A DNA stretch of 64,000 bases from a virus. Numbering within the stretch: position 1 is the stretch's first letter; each line of letters begins with the position of its first letter. Location: IMG/VR virus record IMGVR_UViG_3300020198_000006, positions 30,152 through 94,151 of that record; one strand, 5' to 3'. Both the position numbers and the translations under genes were made by a program. Below, one piece after another: positions 1 to 10,248 of the stretch. Below the pieces are notes generated by a model. That model was given only the letters and a program-made list of their open reading frames with translations. It did not search any database and had not been told where the DNA came from.

Positions 1-2
1 CA

Positions 3-1070
3 AAACAGGCGTCAAGTGTTGAAGAAAGAAAAAGACTATCCAATTATCCAATCGCCGCCAAGAAAGTATCTAAATTACATCTAAGGAAATTCCCTGAAAA
101 GAGAGAATTAAGAATTGATGTTGTTGAAAAGACAAAATATGACAATGCAAATTTATTGTACGTAATTGAATATTCAATAGATAGTATATCTACCCCTACA
201 ACAATTAATTTTTTTGTTTACAAAATTAACACGGGGGGTTACGGGGATATTTTCAAATCAAATACTTTTACAGAATTTACCGAAATACCAACCACATTAA
301 GTGTTTTGTTAAATAATGATGGGACCACAACAACCCCAACGTTTAGTGTAAATATGACCACAAAAACTGATTATACAACTGATACTATAAATGACAAAAT
401 AACCGCAATTTGTTCAGAAATAAGATTAACTCTTCTCAAAATAAAAGAAGACGGATTTGATGGATTATTTAGTTCTACTATTAGGGCAAAATTTTATTCA
501 CAGGAAGAAGATTTAAAACTAATATATCCATTCTTTTTTAGACCAACACAATCACTAAGAACTTTATCAACGTCAAATACCACAGAATTAGAAAGAAAAA
601 ATACTTTATTAAATGGGGTTAAGTTATGTAAAGGAGTTCAACAGAGCGGACTTGTGTGGTCAACATCGAGATTTAGCGCACCATCATCTATAAATAAAGA
701 AGAATCTGAAAAATTAGTAAAAGACAATACCTCAAGGGAACAAACATTTTCAAGTTTAACATCTGATAAAATATACCTTTTGTCGACTGATACAAACTTC
801 ACAGACAAATATGTGGAATTCGAGAAATTAAACAACTATGAATATACCCAAGACGACTACTTAGGTGAAATTGACCCAAACACATATGCAATTGTTAGAG
901 GGGAGGTTCTTTTGGAATTTTTAAGGGCGATGTACAATGTCCTATTAACTCACACCCATAATATCAACAGACCATACGCAAGGACAACATATGACTCACA
1001 TGATACCTTAGTGGAGCTCTTCAACAAACTAGAATCAGAACTTCTGAACAAGTCGGTGAGAACCAACTAA
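3..1070 (+). CDS. Partial (5'-truncated) probable virion/baseplate structural protein
   Basis: The frame is open from position 3, so the ORF starts before the window. C-terminal 'LLTHTH' resembles spike/hub tips. It lies upstream of late-motif genes. Confidence 0.4.
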   Translation, partial: KQASSVEERKRLSNYPIAAKKVSKLHLRKFPEKRELRIDVVEKTKYDNANLLYVIEYSIDSISTPTTINFFVYKINTGGYGDIFKSNTFTEFTEIPTTLSVLLNNDGTTTTPTFSVNMTTKTDYTTDTINDKITAICSEIRLTLLKIKEDGFDGLFSSTIRAKFYSQEEDLKLIYPFFFRPTQSLRTLSTSNTTELERKNTLLNGVKLCKGVQQSGLVWSTSRFSAPSSINKEESEKLVKDNTSREQTFSSLTSDKIYLLSTDTNFTDKYVEFEKLNNYEYTQDDYLGEIDPNTYAIVRGEVLLEFLRAMYNVLLTHTHNINRPYARTTYDSHDTLVELFNKLESELLNKSVRTN

Positions 1071-1075
1071 TTTGA

Positions 1076-1082
1076 TATTTAT
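1076..1082 (+). promoter_or_regulatory. Putative phage late-promoter motif TATTTAT (representative copy)
   Basis: TATTTAT 11 nt before ATG 1094. The same motif precedes scaffold, protease, portal, terminase, endolysin and many other genes. Confidence 0.6.
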
Positions 1083-1093
1083 TAAATAAAAAG

Positions 1094-2470
1094 ATGTCAT
1101 ATTTCCGTTCATATTTCGAGAAAAACAATACAATTATTAAAAATTCTCAGGTTAATACCGCGAAAAATCCAACCACGGAGATTTTTTACGGGTCCAGTTT
1201 TTCCAAATTTTTATTTAAAGTAGATTTTACGGATTTAATATCTAAAATCCAAAATGGTGATTTGGTTATTAATTCAAATACCAAACATTACTTAAAAATA
1301 ACCAATACGGTGTCAGGAGATGCTCAATTGGTGGGTGAGAAAAGAAACACGGGAAGACAAAGAACCACATCTTTTGATTTGATTCTTTTTCAAGTACCTG
1401 AGAATTGGGACGAGGGTGTTGGTTTTGATTATGAAGATGGTGGATATGATTATACTGTTGGTAACAATACATTTGATGAAAGACCTTCTAACTGGTATAA
1501 TAGAACGACTTTAAATCCGTGGACAACACCCGGCGTATACCAAAGTACCCCCACAATAGTTAGTACAATACACTTTGATAATGGTGACGAAAATATAAAT
1601 GTGAATATTACAGACTACGTTAATGGTATTGTACTATCAGGTAACACCAACCACGGGTTAGGTTTGGCTTTTGCCACATTATATGAAAATATTAATGATG
1701 AATATGACCAATCGGTCGCATTCTTTACCAAATACACACAGACATTCTATGAACCCTTTGTTGAAACAGAATTTGCAGATAGAATTGAGGACCATAGACA
1801 AAACTTTATAGGTGAAAGACAGAATAATTTATATCTATATGTAACAAAAGGAACAAACTTTTATAACTTAACAAACCCCCCAACTGTGGATATTCTCAAT
1901 AGTTCTGGAGTTGCAATTTCCGGATTAACAGGGTTAACTACAACAAGAATAAGAAAAGGAATATACAAACTAACCTTTGGTTTAACAGGTCAGTTATGTG
2001 ATGGTAATAGATTCTTCTATGATAAATGGAAAAATCTATCTATAGATGGGGTTTCAATTGCGAATGTAACTCAAAAGTTCGTACCAAAACCATTTACCGA
2101 TTACTACTCATTTGGTTCAAACCCAACCGAGGCTCAAAAATACATAGTTCAGTTTTTCGGTATTAAACAAAATGAAAGGATTATAAGGGGGGAGTTGAAA
2201 AAAATAGTTTTAACATTTAAATCTATTGAAGTACGAATGGCTCAACTATTTGAAGATGTTTATTATCGTGTTTTTGTAAAAGAGGGTAAAACCAATGTCA
2301 TTGTATATGATTGGACTAAAGTTGATATGACAACAACTGAAAATTCATTCTTTTTGGATACATCATATATGATTCCAAGAGAGTATTTTATGGAGTTCAA
2401 AGCCAAAACTCACACGGAAGAAATCTTCTATGATGATTATGTAAAATTCGAAATATTGTCAGAAAAGTAA
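1094..2470 (+). CDS. Putative virion structural protein (beta-rich, DNRLRE-like segment)
   Basis: 458 aa, Asn/Thr/Gly-rich, contains 'FDLILFQVPENWDEGVG', late motif upstream. Confidence 0.45.
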   Translation: MSYFRSYFEKNNTIIKNSQVNTAKNPTTEIFYGSSFSKFLFKVDFTDLISKIQNGDLVINSNTKHYLKITNTVSGDAQLVGEKRNTGRQRTTSFDLILFQVPENWDEGVGFDYEDGGYDYTVGNNTFDERPSNWYNRTTLNPWTTPGVYQSTPTIVSTIHFDNGDENINVNITDYVNGIVLSGNTNHGLGLAFATLYENINDEYDQSVAFFTKYTQTFYEPFVETEFADRIEDHRQNFIGERQNNLYLYVTKGTNFYNLTNPPTVDILNSSGVAISGLTGLTTTRIRKGIYKLTFGLTGQLCDGNRFFYDKWKNLSIDGVSIANVTQKFVPKPFTDYYSFGSNPTEAQKYIVQFFGIKQNERIIRGELKKIVLTFKSIEVRMAQLFEDVYYRVFVKEGKTNVIVYDWTKVDMTTTENSFFLDTSYMIPREYFMEFKAKTHTEEIFYDDYVKFEILSEK

Positions 2471-2484
2471 AATATTTATAGATT

Positions 2485-3243
2485 ATGAGTAAACTTGAAA
2501 ATATTATCAAAAAACACCTTAAAGCAATTAGTGAAAGTGAAATGCCAGAGCAAGAGAATTACATGTTCTTTGGTAACATTGAACAAATGAAAAGACAATG
2601 TGAATTGTTGATGAATGAGGATAAAAATGAAATTGACTCCATTCTTAAACAACACGATTGGGCTCAGGACCACATCGCAGAAGCTAAGAGTTTATTGGAC
2701 CAAGTGTTTGATTTTTTAATGAATCAAACTAAAGGTGGGGATTCTGAAATAGACGAAAGTTTATTAAGTGAACAACCATTTAATGATGGTGGAGAACCTA
2801 TGATGACCCATCAACAATATAGAGATTATAGTGAACCAGCTGAACCAGATGACGATGATTATGGTGGTGATGTGCCCAATAATGACACCGCAGTTGGTTG
2901 GTTAAGGAATGAATTAGAAGAAAACAATATTTTTTTAGAAAACTATGGTGGTGACGAATATATGATATCTTGCGAAAAAGTCAGATGTGATTTCATGATA
3001 TATTTTGATAATAAAAATGACATTGAAACATCCGTGAAAATATACATATATAATGGCGATACCAATGAAGAGATTGAACAAAGGTTCGTGGATGTGATTG
3101 AGGCATTCAATTTTATATTAAGTGTAAAGGATAAGTATCAATTCCAAAGTTATGAAAGTGCGGTAAGAGATTATGTGAAGTCACAAAGAGATGACGCTAT
3201 GGATAGATATAATAATAGAATGGAACGCGGTAGTTTTGACTAA
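2485..3243 (+). CDS. Hypothetical acidic late protein (possible head cargo)
   Basis: 252 aa, TATTTAT at 2473-2479, ISE/LSE motifs. Confidence 0.5.
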   Translation: MSKLENIIKKHLKAISESEMPEQENYMFFGNIEQMKRQCELLMNEDKNEIDSILKQHDWAQDHIAEAKSLLDQVFDFLMNQTKGGDSEIDESLLSEQPFNDGGEPMMTHQQYRDYSEPAEPDDDDYGGDVPNNDTAVGWLRNELEENNIFLENYGGDEYMISCEKVRCDFMIYFDNKNDIETSVKIYIYNGDTNEEIEQRFVDVIEAFNFILSVKDKYQFQSYESAVRDYVKSQRDDAMDRYNNRMERGSFD

Positions 3244-3253
3244 ACGTAATTAT

Positions 3254-4218
3254 ATGAAGATTATTGTTAACGAAGAGGATAAGAAATATATTCAAGAATG
3301 TCTTGATAGTGGTGATGTCCTAAAAGAAGACCTTAGACGTTGGTTTAAGGAAAAGTGGGTGGACGTAAGTCGTAAGGTAGATGGTAAACATCCACCCTGT
3401 GGTAGAAAAGACGCGGATGGTAAGTCTTACCCAAAATGTAGACCATCTAAAAAAGTATCTAAAGATACTCCAAAAACCGCAGGTTCATATAGCAAAAAAG
3501 AAAAAAATCTATGACTTCTCAAAAAAGAAGGGCGGAAAAAGAAAATCCAAAATCAGGTAAAGGTAACACACTCACATTCACTCGTTTTGATGAAAATAGA
3601 ACCATTACATTGGACTTCACGGAATTTATTGAGTCATACCCCGCACCAAAAATTGCTTCTCTTAATGAGTCTAAAAATCAATTAAGTGAGGGTTTATTAT
3701 TTCATATTCAAAATGAAAAACCATTAATTGAAAACGTATTCAGAATATACTCTGAAAAATTCTTTGGTTTGTTTAACGAATCAAGAGAATTATTAAACAA
3801 AGGTATTCTTGAAGTTTCTGGTGATGATTATGAATTATTAATGACAGATATCGGTAAAACGGGTATCTACGAAGGTGAAGAAGTTTATTTAGATATTCCG
3901 TTTATATTAGATGAAGAAGAATATCTTGTTGAAGCGAAACACGGGGGTAAAAATGTGAACTTGGGTAGACCCTTTAGAACTCCCGGTGGACCAAAAAAGT
4001 TTGCGGTTTATGTAAAGAACAATAGTGGTAATGTTGTTAAAGTAACTTTCGGCGACCCCAATCTTAAAATAAGAAATAATAATAAATCAGCCGCAAAATC
4101 ATTTAGAGCTCGTCACAAATGTGACCAAAAGAAAGATAGAACTACGGCAGGATATTGGAGTTGTAACATATCAAAATATCGTAAAGCTCTCGGTATCAAA
4201 TCATCAAACCCTTGGTAA
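3254..4218 (+). CDS. Basic conserved phage protein split into two ORFs (3254-3514 and 3511-4218) by a -1 frameshift at an A-run
   Basis: 'LRRWFKEKWVD..HPPCGR..YPKCRP' and 'KVTFGDPN..AAKSFRARHKC..AGYWSC' modules. One extra A in gAAAAAAAtct joins them (EKKSMTSQK). Confidence 0.55.
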
Positions 4219-4511
4219 TGGATTTTCCATTTGAAGAAGAACAACAAGGCGGGTTTTACATTAGAACATTTTCATCGAACTTACCCGATATGGAGTTAAA
4301 GTGGCATTTTGATGAAGAGGATAGAACTGTTGTTTGTGAATATGAAACAGATTGGATGTTTCAAATGGACGACGAACTACCAATCGTTATAAAAAAAAAT
4401 ACCCCCATTTTTATTCCTGAAGGTACATATCATCGTATCATTAAAGGAACAGGAGACTTAGTTGTCAGGGTAAAAAAACACCTGAACCCCACATTCTTTG
4501 AACATTTCTAA
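4218..4511 (+). CDS. Cupin-fold small protein
   Basis: 'LKWHFDEEDR...IFIPEGTYHRIIKG' cupin motifs. Confidence 0.6.
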   Translation: MDFPFEEEQQGGFYIRTFSSNLPDMELKWHFDEEDRTVVCEYETDWMFQMDDELPIVIKKNTPIFIPEGTYHRIIKGTGDLVVRVKKHLNPTFFEHF

Positions 4512-4907
4512 TGATATTTTTTGTTGTTCATTCCATTTTTCATTATTTTTAGTTGTACATATTTCTTTACAAAAAATAGTTTTTATACCTGCATTTATTA
4601 TTCCTTTAGCACAATCTGTACAAGGAATACCACAAGTAAGATAAATTGTAGAATTTTTTGTAGATACCCCTGTTCTTGCAGCATTAATGATACTATTGAT
4701 TTCTGCGTGTACCATGTAAAAGTACTTTTCAGGTCTCTCCTGACGTTCTTTTTTAGAATCATCCATTCCCCTCGGAAATGAATTATAACCCGTAGAAAGT
4801 ACCTCATTGTCCTCCCCAACGATAACCGCACCTATTTGTGTTGATTGGTCTTTGGATTTTAACTTAACTTGTTCCGCCAATCCTAAAAAATACTCTGTCC
4901 AATTCAT
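4458..4907 (-). CDS. cd: dCMP deaminase (ComEB/cd family)
   Basis: 'STGYN', 'HAEINSI' and 'PCTDC' zinc-deaminase motifs. Confidence 0.9.
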   Translation of the reverse strand: MNWTEYFLGLAEQVKLKSKDQSTQIGAVIVGEDNEVLSTGYNSFPRGMDDSKKERQERPEKYFYMVHAEINSIINAARTGVSTKNSTIYLTCGIPCTDCAKGIINAGIKTIFCKEICTTKNNEKWNEQQKISLEMFKECGVQVFFYPDN

Positions 4908-5218
4908 ATTAACTTTTGTGGTATCCAATACCACACCCTATCTTCTGAGTATCGGTTTAAAGACTTACCTTCCTTTTTTTCGATTATTTTGCTTATTTGT
5001 TGAATATGATTACTATTGGATATATCAACACCAACCATATATCCCGAACCATCTTTTAAGTGAATGGTTTCTTTAATTGGATGTTTATACTTACCCTCAT
5101 CGTATAAGATTAACATTTTAACCATTTCATCCTTTTTCATTTTACACTCAATACTTCTTTGGTGTATTAATTTTTCAAGGACATCCAATCTTAATTTACT
5201 ATAATCAATTTCAGACAT
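4904..5218 (-). CDS. Hypothetical protein
   Basis: 104-aa ORF coupled to the dCMP deaminase gene. Confidence 0.5.
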   Translation of the reverse strand: MSEIDYSKLRLDVLEKLIHQRSIECKMKKDEMVKMLILYDEGKYKHPIKETIHLKDGSGYMVGVDISNSNHIQQISKIIEKKEGKSLNRYSEDRVWYWIPQKLI

Positions 5219-5277
5219 AATTGCAAATATACCGAATATTTTTTGGAAATCAAAATAATTTTTATTATACTTTCAAT

Positions 5278-5646
5278 ATGGAATTTGTTAGTGATTTTAA
5301 AAAGGATTTAAACTTAGGTCAAGAAGGTGAAAAAAGAGCTGCGAAGATTTTTGAAATACCTGTAACGGGTATTGAGGTAAAAGACGACCAACAGGCACTA
5401 TACACCGGTAATCTTTTTATCGAATATGAAAGTAGAGGTAAAAAAAGTGGAATTTCTACAACGGAAGCGGAGGTTATATTTTTTCTAATTAAAGGAAGTG
5501 CGGGTGGATTATTTTTCTACACAGAAGAACTTAAAAAGATATTAAGACCATTAATTAAAACGCACACAATTGTGGGTGGTGATAATAACACAAGTAAAGG
5601 AATATTAATTAGTATTTCTGAATTAATGAAACTACGTGTAAAATAA
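5278..5646 (+). CDS. PD-(D/E)xK-type nuclease-like phage protein
   Basis: 'GQEGE...IEVKDD...TGNLFIEYESRGKKSGISTTEA'. Confidence 0.55.
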   Translation: MEFVSDFKKDLNLGQEGEKRAAKIFEIPVTGIEVKDDQQALYTGNLFIEYESRGKKSGISTTEAEVIFFLIKGSAGGLFFYTEELKKILRPLIKTHTIVGGDNNTSKGILISISELMKLRVK

Positions 5647-5673
5647 AAAACCCCCGAGAAATCGGGGGTTTTT
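5646..5673. terminator. Bidirectional intrinsic terminator (ends the capsid transcript)
   Basis: aaaaa-cccccga-gaaa-tcggggg-ttttt between convergent genes. A near-identical hairpin lies at ~19434-19457. Confidence 0.85.
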
Positions 5674-5689
5674 ATATTAAGATAAACGA

Positions 5690-7408
5690 TTATCTTAAAG
5701 TGTCAAGACTGAATGTAACCAATCCATGTACGTCGATTACACCATAGTAACGGTTGTTAACCATTTTCTTAGCGTATCTCGTCATAATACCCTTAATTGG
5801 GGTAAAGTTGAACGGATTATACATAGTCGGAGTCAACTGTAGAGGTACATATGGTGCGTAAATGTAACCAGCGTCTAACAATGACTTACCTTTGTGACCG
5901 ACGATAACCTTAGTAGGTGGTAAGTATGGGTCACGGTACACTTGGTAACGACCTGATAAAGAACCGATTTTCTCGATACCCATGTTGTATTGGTCTTGCT
6001 CAGGAGCTGCGCTTGATACGTGGAAATACTCCAAATCATCAAATATTGCAGATACCTCAGAAGATACTACAATCCAGTTAGCTCCACCACGAAGAGTTGT
6101 CTTGTGGATTTGAGCAGATAATTGGTTAATTTTGGTAACCAAAGTTTGGTTCCAGTCCTTTTGAGTATAACCCAAGAATGGAGTGTTACCACTTGCTCCG
6201 TATCTCCATTCGTTGTAGTCCCACTTAGCTCTCCAAGCGGCACCTTTACGAAGGTCACGAAGAATTTCACGGTCAATTTCAGCCGCAACTTGCTCAGACA
6301 ATAAAGCTGTTAATTCAGCTTCAGCGTCGATGTTGTGGAATGCTGACACGTCTTGAGCCAATTCAGGAGACCAGCTAGCTCTTAACTTTCTTTCACTAAC
6401 AGAAACTGTTACTGATTGAAGGTCGAAAGTTACTTCACCGATTTCTTCTTCGAACTCAAGAGATGCATATGACCTGTAACTTACCATAACGTTAACAAGT
6501 TCCAAGTCGTTAGAAGAGAAGTTAGCAGGTGTGAAACCTGATACTGCGCTATATGACTCAAGGTCAACAGCCAAGAAGATTTTACCTTCTTCATCACAGA
6601 TGTCTTGGAATTTGTCCATGTTAGTACCGCCTTTTTGACCGTACTCGATAAGACCTTTACCATATTTCTGTGTTACAACGTTGAAATTTTTAACACCATT
6701 GTTTCCAGTGTTACCAGTAATTTCAACACTTAAAGATGAAAGGAACTCGTCGGTATCCATAAGGCTACCATCAGCACCTAACATTTTACCTTGTCCTGCT
6801 TTAGTGAAACCACTAATAACAACAATTGCACTGCTAACGGATGCACCACTTAAGGCGGCTGTACTTTGAGTTGGTACACCATTGCTGAAAGTTACGAAAG
6901 CGAAAGGCGTAGCTGTGGTAGTTGTAGCGGCTCCTTTAGAGTAATCGAAGACACCAGAAGAAGCTGAATCATCGACCTCATAGAAACGGTCATAAAGATT
7001 TTTTGTATTACCGCTATAATATGCGTCGGGGTCAGCCTGTGTATTAGGATAACCGAAAGGTGCAGCTTTTCCGTCTGCAATTTTAGGTACAAAGAAGAAC
7101 AATTTACCGATTGGTAAGTTCATTGCCTGTACAGAAACGATGTCGTTTGCTAACAATTTAGAGAAAACGCGACGAATGATTGGGAAAACCACGGTCTCGA
7201 AAGAACCACTTGCATCAGCAGTTGCGGCTTCGTTGATTAAGTAAGACGCTTGGTTTTCGTATAATTGTGCTACGTTATCTTTTTGGTGACCGTCAAGTCC
7301 TTCAAGGAACCCGAGGTCATCCCATTTTTTAATGGTATCTTCTTTGATAACACGAAGGTGCTTAAGACCGATGTTACCAACCATACCTGATTCTAATAGT
7401 GCTCCCAT
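5690..7408 (-). CDS. gp23: Major capsid protein (T4 gp23-like)
   Basis: 'LANDIVSVQAMNLPIG', 'RKLRASWSPELAQD..AFHNIDAEAELTALLSE', 'AGYIYAPYVPL', 'GIMTRY'. Confidence 0.97.
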   Translation of the reverse strand: MGALLESGMVGNIGLKHLRVIKEDTIKKWDDLGFLEGLDGHQKDNVAQLYENQASYLINEAATADASGSFETVVFPIIRRVFSKLLANDIVSVQAMNLPIGKLFFFVPKIADGKAAPFGYPNTQADPDAYYSGNTKNLYDRFYEVDDSASSGVFDYSKGAATTTTATPFAFVTFSNGVPTQSTAALSGASVSSAIVVISGFTKAGQGKMLGADGSLMDTDEFLSSLSVEITGNTGNNGVKNFNVVTQKYGKGLIEYGQKGGTNMDKFQDICDEEGKIFLAVDLESYSAVSGFTPANFSSNDLELVNVMVSYRSYASLEFEEEIGEVTFDLQSVTVSVSERKLRASWSPELAQDVSAFHNIDAEAELTALLSEQVAAEIDREILRDLRKGAAWRAKWDYNEWRYGASGNTPFLGYTQKDWNQTLVTKINQLSAQIHKTTLRGGANWIVVSSEVSAIFDDLEYFHVSSAAPEQDQYNMGIEKIGSLSGRYQVYRDPYLPPTKVIVGHKGKSLLDAGYIYAPYVPLQLTPTMYNPFNFTPIKGIMTRYAKKMVNNRYYGVIDVHGLVTFSLDTLR

Positions 7409-7444
7409 TTTAATATTTTTTTGGTTTTTTATTGTTTATTTTTA

Positions 7445-8731
7445 TTATTTCAACTTACTCATCAAGTCTCTCATTCTTCTGAATTGAGGATTCTCATAAG
7501 CTTTTGACTCTGAAAGAACCCCAGTTGAAGATGAAGTACTTGGTGCTGTAGTTATTTTTTCAACCACCGATTCAGTCACGGGTTTTTTAGTGTCTAATTC
7601 GGCTTTAATTGATACATAAAGATTCTTAGATTCCTTCAAGGTTGAGATTGAATCGAATCTTTTAAGAATATTTAGTTTTTCCTGTTTTGTTGTGGAATGT
7701 TCTGTGAACAAACGAGTGGCATATGCTAAATTGGCGTTGAAAACAGCAACTTCGTTAAGTTTTTCCTTGAATAAGACAAGTGCTTTTTTATACTCGCTGT
7801 TTTGTTTTTTCAAGTTTTGAACTTCTTCGTTTAATTCACCACCGTGATTTGAACCAGCTTTAAAAACTTTTTTGCTTTTTATACCAGCTCTTTCACCGCC
7901 ATGAGGATTCCATTTTGTTCTTGCGGCTTCACCCACTTCTTTTTCATTTTCATTAGGTTCATCAAAAATAGTTTCAGAAAACTCTTTATCACCTTCGCCA
8001 TCATTTGGTATAAATACTTTATCATCAAGCTCTGGTTCATCATCAAGTTCTGGTTTATCTTCATCATCAAGTTCTGGTTCATCATCAAGTTCGATTTCGT
8101 AAACTACTGTATCGGATTCTTCCTCCATCGGAATGTCTAAAGTTTCGTCGATAGGTTCATCCGCATCTTTTTCTTCATCTAACTTAATGATGTACTCATC
8201 GTCGCCATCCTCAAGTTCAATTTGGTCATCATCTTTTTTAACAATGATTCCATCTTCAGGTCTCATAGCTTTGAAGACTTTCAAAACTTCGTCTTCATCG
8301 GCACCTGTCATGTCAACAACATCATCTCCCATTTCGTCAGAATCTTCTGGATTCATTTCATCTTCTGGATTCATTTCATCTTCTGAATCCTTAGAATTGA
8401 TGTCCTTAGATATTTCATCTTCTGAGTCCTTAGAATTGATGTCCTTAGACATTTCATCTTCTGAGTCCTTAGACATTTCATCATCACCATCTTCGTTATC
8501 GAGACTATCCTCTTCATCCCCAGTTTTTACTGGTACATCATCTGATGCCTCTTCTTCAGAATCGGGTTGTTCTGTAACAACCTCTTTCTCTTCTTCCAAT
8601 GATTCTTTTAGCAAATCGTTTAGTTCTTGTTTCATTGTAGAAGCAAGTATACCTTTTGCATTTGCTTTGACTGCCTCTTCAAGTGTCTGCACCTGAAGTA
8701 ACGCTTGTTCTAAAATAGATTTTTCGCTCAT
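7445..8731 (-). CDS. Prohead core/scaffold protein (gp22-like)
   Basis: Very acidic with coiled-coil C-terminus, located between protease and capsid genes. Confidence 0.8.
   Translation of the reverse strand: MSEKSILEQALLQVQTLEEAVKANAKGILASTMKQELNDLLKESLEEEKEVVTEQPDSEEEASDDVPVKTGDEEDSLDNEDGDDEMSKDSEDEMSKDINSKDSEDEISKDINSKDSEDEMNPEDEMNPEDSDEMGDDVVDMTGADEDEVLKVFKAMRPEDGIIVKKDDDQIELEDGDDEYIIKLDEEKDADEPIDETLDIPMEEESDTVVYEIELDDEPELDDEDKPELDDEPELDDKVFIPNDGEGDKEFSETIFDEPNENEKEVGEAARTKWNPHGGERAGIKSKKVFKAGSNHGGELNEEVQNLKKQNSEYKKALVLFKEKLNEVAVFNANLAYATRLFTEHSTTKQEKLNILKRFDSISTLKESKNLYVSIKAELDTKKPVTESVVEKITTAPSTSSSTGVLSESKAYENPQFRRMRDLMSKLK
8020..8480 (-). repeat. In-frame tandem repeats in scaffold (ELDDEP; SKDSEDEM / SKDINSKDSEDE; EDEMNP)
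   Basis: Repeated tcatcatcaagttctggt and atttcatcttctg units. Confidence 0.85.
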
Positions 8732-8811
8732 TTGGAGTTTTATTTTCTTATAAATATTATGATTATGTAAAAAAATACTTTTTACGATATTAAAATCTTA
8801 AATAAATTAGA

Positions 8812-9495
8812 TTACTTAGATAGGAAAGTATCCAATTTTAACATTAAAGTTTTCATTCTATCCGATTGCGGGTCACCTTCCTGAATAGGTTCTTGGTAGT
8901 TGTCTATTTCACCTGGGTCCTTAAAAATATAAGCGCCGGGGGTAGATGGAGATGATACTAAATCAAAACATACTAATTCGAAATCATCTTGTACTATGTT
9001 TTGACCTTTTATATTTTTTAATGAACCAACCCCTCTTGAGGATATACCTAACGATGCACCATTCATTAATAACATCGCCGCTTGGTCCCCCTTGGTACTA
9101 ACGACACCCATTTTCTTCCAACCGGGTGACGTAAATAACTTTAGTTTACCCATTAGTATTTTACCATCCCACCAAGTCTCAAGGATAGAGTGTGAAACTC
9201 TATCTAAATCAATTAATGAAGATGTTGGGTGATTAAGTTCACTTAATGCTCCACCCTTTTGAATTAAATTTTGATATTTTTCGGCTTCTCTTTTTAAAAT
9301 GGTTTCAGGATATACTCTACCATTTTTATTTGGAGTATCGTATTTTTGTAAAACAGCATAAAGAATTATATCCTGTGAAAAATCCACGTCTTTCATCTCG
9401 GATATAATTTTTTTGTTTTCTTTCGGGGAAACGTGACCCGCGTCGTATTCTATTAAAACGCCATTGCCAGTCTCATTAGGCCCAAGTACTTTCAT
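8812..9495 (-). CDS. gp21: Prohead protease (T4 gp21-like)
   Basis: 'NKNGRVYP', 'ELNHP' (His), 'GISSRGVGS' (Ser), 'FDLVSSPSTPGA'. Confidence 0.95.
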   Translation of the reverse strand: MKVLGPNETGNGVLIEYDAGHVSPKENKKIISEMKDVDFSQDIILYAVLQKYDTPNKNGRVYPETILKREAEKYQNLIQKGGALSELNHPTSSLIDLDRVSHSILETWWDGKILMGKLKLFTSPGWKKMGVVSTKGDQAAMLLMNGASLGISSRGVGSLKNIKGQNIVQDDFELVCFDLVSSPSTPGAYIFKDPGEIDNYQEPIQEGDPQSDRMKTLMLKLDTFLSK

Positions 9496-9530
9496 TTATC
9501 CTTTTATATAATAAATACCACAATACCGAA

Positions 9531-9956
9531 TTAATTCTTTGTTTTGTAGAAATTAAACAAAGTTTCGTCATTTAATATGGTATCCACTATAGTTACAGAT
9601 AGGTCTGTGACAATCTTTTTTACCTCTTTAATCTTAATATCGAAGTACTTGTCCGCATATAAAGTTATCTCCAAATCCATAAAAGACCTTTTGTTGGTTT
9701 TTACACCTCTAGTTTTGATGTCTAGGTCCACTATGGATTCTGGCTTGAAATATTCAGACCTCAAATCGTAAATTTTCTGTTTTATTTTCCTCCTTGTTTG
9801 TGATATGACCCTATCAAAGTCACAATCATCATCGTTTGGCTGCGTCCACGAATTTAATTTAACATATATTGTTTTTAAATTTTTATAGTCAACCGTTCCA
9901 TAACCAATTTTTACGTTTTTATAGACACCAAGTTTTATAAATTTTCCACTTTTCAT
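9531..9956 (-). CDS. Hypothetical protein
   Basis: 141-aa ORF divergent from bS21. Confidence 0.55.
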   Translation of the reverse strand: MKSGKFIKLGVYKNVKIGYGTVDYKNLKTIYVKLNSWTQPNDDDCDFDRVISQTRRKIKQKIYDLRSEYFKPESIVDLDIKTRGVKTNKRSFMDLEITLYADKYFDIKIKEVKKIVTDLSVTIVDTILNDETLFNFYKTKN

Positions 9957-10056
9957 TAATATTATTCATACTTAATATATTTTATGGTGTATTTAAAATA
10001 TACAAAATAAACTTAACAAAACCAAATTTTTTACTTATATTTAAAAAAAAACGATT

Positions 10057-10248
10057 ATGATTATTGTCAATGTTTCAAAAGAAAAAAACCTTGAATCCGC
10101 ACTAAAAAAATACAAAAACAAGGTTCACAAAATAAAACAAACTGAAGAACTAAAAGGTAGACAAGAATATGTTAAACCATCGGTACAAAAAAGAAGTCAA
10201 AAGCTCAAAGCAATTTACAAAGAACAACTAAACAGAACCGATAATTAA
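10057..10248 (+). CDS. rpsU: Ribosomal protein bS21 (Bacteroidota-type)
   Basis: 63 aa, 'NLESALKKYKNK...ELKGRQEYVKPSVQKR...KAIY', Tyr at position 54. Confidence 0.92.
   Translation: MIIVNVSKEKNLESALKKYKNKVHKIKQTEELKGRQEYVKPSVQKRSQKLKAIYKEQLNRTDN

Noticed and set aside
7879-8696. Ser-rich and Met-rich alternative-frame ORFs over the scaffold gene
   Set aside because: Artefacts of the acidic repeat coding on the opposite strand or in other frames.
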